This document shows, piece after piece, positions 11,737 through 20,000 of a stretch of 20,000 nt of DNA (position 1 is the stretch's first letter; each line of letters opens with the position of its first letter). A program made the translations under genes and the position numbers. The stretch is from Vezdaea acicularis (taxonomy: Eukaryota): contig JAPEUI010000084.1 in assembly GCA_026025075.1 (NCBI GenBank), positions 57,043-77,042 of the forward strand, read 5' to 3'. The notes beneath the pieces are model-generated. The model was not told the DNA's origin. It was given only the letters and a program-made list of their open reading frames with translations, and did no database searches.

Positions 11737-12598
11737 ATGTTGTTCCTTACAGTTGCGCGAAGGCTCTGGGCCACATCGCTTCTATACGGAGTAGTAGTGA
11801 ACGCGCAGAGCAATGTGGAGATATTAGTCTTTGGAGCCAATGCATTACCATCCTGTGCCAATGGCTGTCAGATGCTTCTTAACGCTCAATCAGGATGTGT
11901 ACCCCCAGCAGCACCAGTCACATCTCCTCAAATCTACAAATCCTGCTTCTGTCAGTCTGCCTTACTGATAACACTAAGGACAACTCCTGTCGGTGTTTGC
12001 GATACTGTCTGCACCGACCCCACAGCATTGACGCAGATCATGACCTGGTATAATTCATACTGTGCCTCTGGCGATTTGCCATCAGTCTCAAGTAGTGTCT
12101 CTACTCCGTCGGCGACAACAAGTTCCACGACAAGCACGAGTACGAGTGCGGTAGCCTCAAAGAGCAGCGGAAACCAGCCGACTCAATCATGGTGTGGTCT
12201 AACTACTGATTTATGTCTATCACTCCGGATGCTGACCAGATTACAGGATGGACGGACATTGGAAATACGTAGTCGTTATAATTGTTTTGGCTGTAATGAT
12301 AATTGGAGGGGCAATCGGGGCAGTATTGTTCAAACGCCATAAACGACGTGCTGCTGCTTCTCAGAACAGTCCGCAGCAGATGGTCGCATGGGGCCCACAC
12401 CAAGTACAGAATCATACAAGGGGTTTCGGATACCTAGAGCCCTCTCATCTAGATGGCCCTAGTTCCCGTTCGACGCCCACAACACTAGAGAAGCCCCGGC
12501 CAAAGAAAGGGGCAAAGATCAGCTCAGCACCTTCCTCTTCAGAGTCAGGTGATAGCCACTTGAGATGGTCAGAGGCTGGAAAGAAAGAAAGGAGTTAA
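11737..12598 (+). CDS. Type I single-pass membrane protein: signal peptide, 8-Cys CFEM-like ectodomain, Ser/Thr stalk, TM helix, cytoplasmic tail; exons 11737-12191 and 12247-12598 (268 aa)
   Basis: Signal peptide ends near VVNA-Q. Cys-rich block LPSCANGC...CVPP...SCFCQS...VCDTVC...WYNSYC, then an S/T-rich stalk. The intron TG|gtgtgg...gctgac...acag|G gives SWMDGHWKYVVVIIVLAVMIIGGAIGAVLF followed by basic KRHKRR. Exons total 807 nt, in frame. Confidence 0.85.
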
Positions 12599-13436
12599 CC
12601 AAGTATATGAGAGGACGTGAGGGGATATGAGCCCCGGAAGGTTTTATAGGCTGCTAGGCTTGACAGCTTCGGATCGAAATGCCTCAAGTTCGGGTGGTTT
12701 TATTTCCAGGTGTACAAAGGCAGAGATTTTATGCTAGGGAAAAAGGCCACTTAGCTCATCTTGTACAGGAGTTCTTCTCTTTATACTTGTGCTGATATGA
12801 AGGATCGATAGCTTTTTCCGCAATACGTCATCTTGATTGTGTGGACACCATTCAACGTATCTTGAAACGAGCGAATCGTATAGCACGGCACACATGTTTA
12901 AACTTTAGTAATTAGTAGCTTTTTATGTAGATATTTTCCGTCAGTCTCGGTGAACCACGAGCTACGCAACTTTTGTGGGGCACATTTGGTCGCAAATGTG
13001 TAAATGCTGTGGAAAACAAAACATTTAATGCGGACGTGGACCCCTTAGCAGTTTGCACTTTCAGTCCCTCTGTCTTCTAAGGTGTAAGAACGTCCTAAAT
13101 CCATTCCAGGCGAAGATATGAGGATGCATATCACATCCTACGCCTATATAAGTGAGTATGCGAAGCAATGAACCACTTCTACTATAGATGCTGATGATAT
13201 TTCCCTTCCAATATGGTGGGGCCTGCAGCTCAAGCGGATCAAATTGCCAACGTTCAAAGAAAGATTCGAGGAGTACCCAGAGGCCTGCACTGTAGGACCT
13301 AACTCCAATATTGCAACACTTAGAACGAGGGCCCGGTGAATGTGTACAGCGTAATGCAGGTATTGAAGATAGCTAGAATAAGTCTAACGCTTCCACTCAT
13401 ACTTTGTGGTATTATAAAGATACATGGCGGTCCACT

Positions 13437-15377
13437 CTAGAGGTGGTACCGAAAGTCGGGTCTTTTGTCGCCCAACATCTCAATCTCGTCTTCATGTTTT
13501 CCAACGAGCCAGGAATCCCTCCTACCGGCTGCCCTCTTCGCATTCTCAGCCCGTAGGAGTAGATAATTGACAATAGATCCACCGAAGAGGAATATGGTCA
13601 AATAACCGAGAACGACGCTGTGTCCTGGAACATATGCTGGAGCATTTTTCTGACGATAGATGTTGCTGCTGACGATACCGTTCAAATTACCCCACCCGAT
13701 CATGAATCCTAGGGTGACACCACGCTTGTAAACGCCTTCGGTGTTATTAGCTACCCATGATATAGTGTTCGAGATACAGGGGTATATCCCTAGAGCTCCA
13801 AGAAATGTGCCTGCATAACGCACAGCTGCTGTATGACCTCCAAGCAGCATGCCAAAGCCTGCTATACCGATTAGGGATACACCCATATTACAAAGCCCGC
13901 GCTGACCCGACTTGTCGGCCACGAAACCGATGATGATGGTGAGAATGCAAGCGGCTGCGTAAGGGGGCACGGACAATAGCTGCGCTTTCGTAGATGTATA
14001 GCCTGTAGGACAATTATCAGTATGGGTGATAAGTAATGAAATACCTTAGTCTTACCCAGTTCGCTAATAATAGAGGGCAAAAAGAGGGAGAATGCGTATA
14101 GAGGCCCATCACAACCCATGTACATGATTGCACCCAGATACGTTTTCCAATCTTTGACACTTGCCCAGATGTACTTCATCTTAAACTCTTCATGCTCAGC
14201 GCTAGACTGCTTGTCTGCTTTCAAGCGACGGAGAACCCGGATACGGTCTTCATCTGAGAGGAACGTCGCGGTATCTATTGTTGCGAATCAGTCCATCTAC
14301 AAAGCCTTGCAAAGAATGAAAGGGAGCCTTACCAGGAAAATCATAGACCATCCAAAACGACGCTATAGCGATGACTACAGTAGCTATACCTTCTATGATC
14401 TAGTTACACGTTCATTAGCGGGGAAAAATGAATATGTATGATACAGTTATCGGATTACTCACAAAAATCCACGCCCATCCCGCCTTCCCTCCTTTCCCTT
14501 TCATCTGATTTAGAGCGGCTGCAAGAAGTCCCCCAAATGACCCTGACAAAGCTGCCGCAGAGAAGAATATAGCTGCGCGCAGGCCAAACTCGGAACGCTT
14601 GTACCAACAAGATAAATAGTAGTTGATTCCTGGGAAAAGGCCCGCTTCTGCCAAACCAAGAAACCATCTTGCAGCAAATAGGCCCTGGAAGTTATGCACG
14701 AAGCCCATAAAAGTCATGGTGATTCCCCAAGCAACCATAATAGAAGGGATAAAGATCCGTGGTCTGAGGCGTTTCAAAAGGATGTTGGTCAAAGGCTCAG
14801 CTAGAGAGTAGGTGATAAAGAAGCCCGACAGAGCGGCATAGTATTGCTAGGAATCTTCATGAGTAGCGAGAACACCGAGGGGTGAAAAAGAGGGGGCGGG
14901 AATATCTTCGTACCCCATCTGTCATTTTCAAGTCTTTTTGGAGGCCGTCAAGTTTTGCTGCACTAGTTCAGCTTCGATATTCATCTTACAATCAGTATGC
15001 AGGCTCATACCATTTCCGATATTCGTTCGATCTAGGAAACTGATCAAATAGAGGAGACATAGCTAGTAAGGCTTCCTTAGCCAAACCAAACGACTTGGTT
15101 TGAACTTGAAAAGGTTATATGTACCCATGGAATAAGCCTTATATCAAGCTTCCAGAGCAATTTTCGGTCCTAAAAGTCATAGGTTAGCTACATTTACAGA
15201 ACTTATACAGAGGTATCGCACGATTATGGCTTTCTCTTCTTCACTCAACCCCGCATCTGGGTCCGGCAGAACAACGCGTTCCCTTTCCGGGCCAAACTCG
15301 TCGTGGTCGGCGTAAACCTTCTTATCATCGGTTGGCACCTCGCCGCTCTCACTATCGCCAGCACGAGAACCCGCCAT
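13437..15377 (-). CDS. MFS transporter, anion:cation symporter (DAL5/TNA1-like) family; 8 exons: 15377-15222, 15169-15125, 15062-15011, 14957-14914, 14846-14463, 14399-14333, 14274-14056, 14002-13437 (510 aa)
   Basis: DRKLLWKLDIRLIPW, LYLISFLDRTNIGNAKLDGL, ARWFLGLAEAGLFPG, WYKRSEFGLRAAIFFS, GWAWIFIIEG, FLPSIISELG, AQLLSVPPY, WVANN..GVYKRG, GDKRPDFRYHL. Exons total 1533 nt, in frame. Substrate cannot be determined from sequence. Confidence 0.93.
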
Positions 15378-15560
15378 GAATATTGAGCTTAGCCTGCCAA
15401 GTAGATTTTCCTGCTTGCTTAGACCATTCCCAATGTCGAGCGATTTGGGCTAGAGCTGATGATACAATACTCGTGCTCTCGAAACCGCTGATATATCAGC
15501 CGAATTTACGCTGACGATCCGTTTTGAACTCAGCGTGATCAATGCACAGCATCGATCCAC

Positions 15561-15633
15561 TTTATAGATAAGGCATTCTGTCAGGTGGGGCATCTCAACT
15601 ACCTTACCTTAATATGCTAATCGTCAACGATAA
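15561..15633 (-). promoter_or_regulatory. Putative TATA box and GATA sites upstream of the MFS gene
   Basis: Minus-strand TATAAA at 15566-15561, about 185 bp upstream of the ATG. HGATAR matches AGATAA at 15566-15571 and CGATAA at 15628-15633. These short motifs also occur by chance. Confidence 0.35.
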
Positions 15634-16069
15634 AGATCGTCGACGAACAAGTGCCAGAACGACGTCATTCAACCTCGGCAAGACTATACGTATGTAGTGC
15701 TTCCAACTAATGGCTGTGACTACAGCGTCAAAAGGACCGCCGATTCGCTAAGAATTTCTAGTGTGAGACGTTACCCAAGTATGGTTCGATGAGCTTTGTA
15801 TTCGAGTTGGGAACTAATCCACTAATAGTTCTCGTATGGAGCAAATGTTCGCGAGTGACGCTTCTCTCGACATCGGATGCAAGTGCATTCGGTTAAACTT
15901 GAAGACAGCGCTCAATAATAGCTTCGCCCACATTTCCTGCACGGGCAGATGATTGAGAGAAATCTGCATCTGCGGAACCTCTGTGTGGCAGCGTGTACTG
16001 GAAGACCGGAACAATCCCACCGCAGTACTCCTCATCTGACTGGGACTCCGAGAGTCAAATCAACCACGA

Positions 16070-16101
16070 CCCACAGCCCACAGCCCACAGCCCACAGCCC
16101 A
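16070..16101 (+). repeat. Heptamer tandem repeat (CCCACAG)x4 plus CCCA
   Basis: Read directly: CCCACAG at 16070, 16077, 16084 and 16091, then CCCA. Confidence 0.95.
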
Positions 16102-16380
16102 ATAGCTACAACCACATAGATTAGTGAATGCAACCTGTTCATTGTATGTCCTGAGGCCAACTTTGAAAGTTTCCCTTAGCTAATCCAGACGCTCGTCGGA
16201 GCAGGTCTACCAAAATCCTCAACTTGATGTCGTGGAACGTTGTGTCTTGATTCAGGGGAGGGTAGCATTCATGCTTCCGCATGACTATCTACGAGACTAT
16301 ATATTGCTTCTATCGTAGTCCCGCCAAAAAATCCACTGTATGCCAAGGCGCTACGTTGCATGCGCCTTGCATACTCTTTC

Positions 16381-18649
16381 ATGATGGTGCATCCGAAAAG
16401 AGTTGCGATAATTGGTTGGTGATATCGCTGGCTTTGAATCACCCCATAGAACTAATTCACACTCTACAGGAGCCGGCCCGGGTGGCCTTGTTGCTGCAAA
16501 GACCCTGTTACTCTCCCAACCCGTAGGCCATCTCATACCAACAATATTTGAGAGAAATGCCGGGGTCGGGGGCTTGTGGCACAACACAAATGGCCAAGGG
16601 ACTCGCTTGAGCCCTAGCATGCGAACAAACCTGAGCAAATTTACAGTCTGTTTCTCCGACCTAGCATGGGATTCTGCAAAAGCCATACCGTCTGACATAC
16701 CCGATAAACCGGATCAATGCCATAGCGTTCCATTGTTTCCGACCGCTTGGCAGGTTGAGGAATACTTACAAAGATATGCATCAAAATATATACCGGAAGG
16801 GTCCATCAGGTTCAACTGTACCGTTACTAACGTTGCCCTTGAAGAGGACGGCCAGTGGCGTTTGACTTGGACGAATTCGACGGATAATATTGTCCATAGG
16901 ACTGTTAAGGACCACTTCGATTACTTAGTTGTGTCTTCTGGATACTTTGCGGCGCCCTACATACCCCAAGTTTCAGGCCTGAGCGACTTCAAGGGGCAAG
17001 TCCTCCATAGCTCGGATCTCTTTAAGGACCGTCCACAGAGCGAGCATGCTTCTGGCTCCGGTCCTCACAAAGTGGCGGTGATTGGTGGAGCGATGTCAGG
17101 GGCTGAAGCAGCAGCTTCTTTGGCCATGCAACTTTCATCTTCCAGGTATTCTCCAGGTACCATAGCAACCAGTAGGGAGGTTCAAATACATCATGTCGTA
17201 TCTCGGCCGTTTTGGTGCATGCCTCATCTAGTACCAGAGGCTCCCGATCAAGCTAAAACGACTTTCACACCATTAGATCTATGTATGTACGACCTCTCAC
17301 GTAGACCTTCAGATCAAATAACTCTTCAGACGGGCCCTGTGCCAATGGAGCGAGCTGTCATGGTGAACGAGTTCTTAGAGAGGCTCCTCGGTGGTGACCA
17401 GAACGATCTAGGAAATGGTCAATTGACCATGAGCAGCAGCGAAAAGTCTAATGCGCCTCGAATAGCCATCAGCGAAACATATCGAGAATTCGTCCGTAGT
17501 AAAGAATTGTTTCCCGTTATTGGGCGATTAGAGTCGATAAAGGCTGTACCTGAGGGGAAAGGCATTCTCATCATTTCCAACGGTGAAACCATCACACAGA
17601 TCCAAGATATCTCCCAGATAATATTTGCTACTGGTTTTCATCCTTCCTTGTCTTACCTGGATGCTAGCATCCTAGATACCTTAAACTATGATCCCACCTC
17701 CCATTCTGTTCCCCTTCTACTCAATACTTCAAGTACCAATCATCCCGCATTTCCTAATCTTGGATTTGTTGGCTTCTATCAAGGCCCGTTCTTTGGGGTA
17801 ATGGAGATGCAAGCACGACTACTCGCCCAACAATGGGCAGACCCCGGGCACATTCCTCCCATTCATGTGGATGAAACGTATGACAGCTTGAAGGCCCTTC
17901 GACAGAGCGTCAACAATCCAGAGAGAGTCCCTCAATATCCAATGGGTGATTACGTTGGTCTTATGGAACGTTTCGCACAGATTCTTGCCATTCCTAGGAG
18001 CAATCTAAACGACTTCCCCAGCCGAAGTGGCCCAGTTACTCCATGCAGATATGCGGACAAGAGCGCTGACTTTGCACAAAGTCAACTCGCATTGGCCTCA
18101 CTTACAAAATTTCTAGCGAAAACTAGGTCTTCATCCCACGTCGCCAAAGCATCGTTTCGAGCACTTCAAGGTACATGGAAGTTAGACCGAATTCTAAGCA
18201 GCGCTATGCCCACATTTCCCTCCGGGACTTTCTCCGGAACCGCCTCCTTCAAGCCTAGGTACCCTACAGGAGAAGAATATGATAGTGAGTACCTCTACGT
18301 TGAGGATGGGGAATTCATGACAGAGGATGGAATCAGTATGCAAGGTAACCGACGCTATGTATATCGATACAGAGAGGATCTCGACGTCATCAGTGCTTGG
18401 TTCGTCAAGTCAGATGATGGTAAGACAGTCGACTATCACTTTCATGACCTGAAATTTGTCGAAGATTCACCAACAAGCATCGCCAAGGGATCAAAGGCAC
18501 AAGGATATCACCTATGCGAGCAGGATCAATATTCTCCTGAGTATTCATTTCACTTTCAAGGTGTCTCGCTGAAGAAGTTCGATGTCAAATACACAGTACG
18601 GGGTCCCAAGAAAGATTATTATACAGATACGTGTTACCAGCGGTGGTAG
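16381..18649 (+). CDS. Class B flavin-containing monooxygenase (FMO-like) fused to a C-terminal DUF6314-like domain; exons 16381-16414 and 16470-18649 (737 aa)
   Basis: Splicing G|gttggt...actaat...acag|GA restores the FAD Rossmann motif KRVAIIGAGPGGL. Also FERNAGVGGLW, MRTNLSKFTVCFSD, FMO fingerprint FKGQVLHSSDL, NADPH-site VAVIGGAMSGAE, IFATGF, GVMEMQAR. The tail (LQGTWKLDR, YLYVEDGEF, RRYVYRY, WFVK, FHDL, HLCEQDQY, VRGPKKDY) matches DUF6314 as I recall it. The start could be ATG 16381 or 16384. Confidence 0.9.
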
Positions 18650-18917
18650 AAGGTGGACTTGGCTTCGAGCTCATGTCATCTGTGTTGGGCATACAATGTT
18701 CGCTCACACGGCTTCAATTGTGCCTACAGCCATGGTCATTCCATAGTCGCGCTACCTTTCACCCTAAAATACTGCGGCAAAGGTTTTGTAAACGTTTAGC
18801 TTTTGTGGTGCGCTCAAATTGCTTTATGCGGAAGGAGGGGTGAAGCAGCTTCCCCAAAAGCATTTAGCCCGGCAGCTTCAGAAAGCTTCAGGTTGCATGA
18901 ACAAGTACGAAAATGCA

Positions 18918-18961
18918 AATAAAGCTACATGTAGACTTCGTACGCCCTTCCATGAAATAAA
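18918..18961 (+). terminator. Two AATAAA putative polyadenylation signals downstream of the FMO gene
   Basis: AATAAA at 18918-18923 and 18956-18961, about 270-310 nt after the stop codon. Confidence 0.35.
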
Positions 18962-20000
18962 CATTAGTCGACATTTGTAGCTCTACAATGTCGAGGCATT
19001 GGCCGCCAGGTCCTCAAACATACAGCATCGTAGGTAACAATGCCGGTAACGCTGCAATTACCCACCACGACTTTCTAGATCCCTCGTCGGATTGCATCTG
19101 GCGTGCTGCCCAAGCCACACTCTCAAGTGAATCATGGGCTCGAGTTATTCACGCGTCAATCTCCATCAAAGGTGTGGACAGCTCTCCAACGCGCTCGCGA
19201 TAAGATGAAGAGAGCAATGGACTTTCTGTTTCACTGACGCCTATACGAAATCTTCGAACCCCTAGGACCAGGTTTGAAGAGCGTCATTATACTCTTGAGG
19301 GCTTGCGAACCTCGGATAAGAAGAAGCGGCCTGTCAAAGCTTTTTGATGTCTAGCCCGAGACAGACTGATTTGGTGTAAAGAAACAGGCCCCGCAACATT
19401 TCCGTACGGAATAATGAGTAAAATGTAGTCGGTGAGTATATGAGGGGACTGGGGAAGTGCATATAGGGCAGGAATGGAGCATGCTACTGACGGATGCAAC
19501 AAGTGCCATGCGGTCACAAAATGGCGGGTCTCTAAGATCAATCATGATACAACCACAACAAGTTATAACACTGCGTAAAGAAAGATAATGCCACGATCAG
19601 TGCGCTATTGGTGGAGTGAGGGCGCAAAAGTCTGTGTGCACCCAGGGAGAGCAACCCAGATCCAGAAGATCCAGAAAAGCGTCACGCTTGCAGAGCCCTG
19701 TAATAAAGGATTAAGTCCGACTTTGGAAGGTAGGGGCTGCTATTCAACGTATTGGCTTGGATCATATGTTCGCGTTTAGCAGATTGTCCTGCTGCAATGA
19801 TTGAAGTCAAAAAATGATAAAACAAATATTAGATTTCAATTTTTCATAGGAAGGCACCCGCATGTGTGAAATCGATTAGATCCCTTGCATACGACTTGAT
19901 TGTGCAGTACGGTCGTGTAAGTGCTGGAGTAGTCTTGTCATTACGACGCACTGAGCGTAAGCCGTCCCCTCAAAACTGCCTAGATTTGGACCTGGAGAAT

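Noticed and set aside
15082..15102. 8-bp hairpin CAAACCAA/TTGGTTTG in MFS intron 2 beside the branch site
   Set aside because: An AT-rich 8-bp stem is expected by chance in 20 kb and nothing else supports a role.
16281..16526. 81-aa ORF and the TTG start at 16412 as alternative FMO starts
   Set aside because: Only the spliced 16381 model yields the VAIIGAGPGG FAD motif. The 16281 ATG could be an upstream ORF only if transcribed, which I cannot see.
19945..20000. CTGAG...ACCTG words resembling a TPP riboswitch core
   Set aside because: The CTGAGA and ACCTGAT...GGATAAT consensus and supporting stems are absent, and the sequence is cut off by the window edge.

Overview
A gene-dense, intron-containing stretch of a filamentous ascomycete (Pezizomycotina) genome. 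I rebuilt nine protein-coding genes by hand from GT-AG introns (mostly 44-86 nt), and every spliced model keeps frame. In order: Phe-sensitive-type DAHP synthase (ARO3/aroG, +), cytochrome c1 (CYT1, +), SLX9-like ribosome biogenesis factor (-), UBA4/MOCS3 (+), PAM17 (-), an uncharacterised RRM-like protein with a long acidic disordered N-terminus (-), a single-pass membrane protein with an 8-Cys CFEM-like ectodomain (+), an ACS/DAL5-family MFS transporter (-), and a class B flavin monooxygenase fused to a DUF6314-like domain (+), divergent from the transporter. I could not support any RNA gene, mobile element or CRISPR array. The left half is housekeeping, and I cannot demonstrate a new system from sequence alone. 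The best leads are the FMO-DUF6314 fusion and its divergent transporter, a Leu-to-Ser change in the DAHP synthase Phe pocket, clathrin-box/AIM-like motifs and a spliced uORF in the RRM gene, the CFEM-like membrane protein, and a possible unproductive acceptor in the long CYT1 intron. All family calls come from recalled motifs, not from searches.
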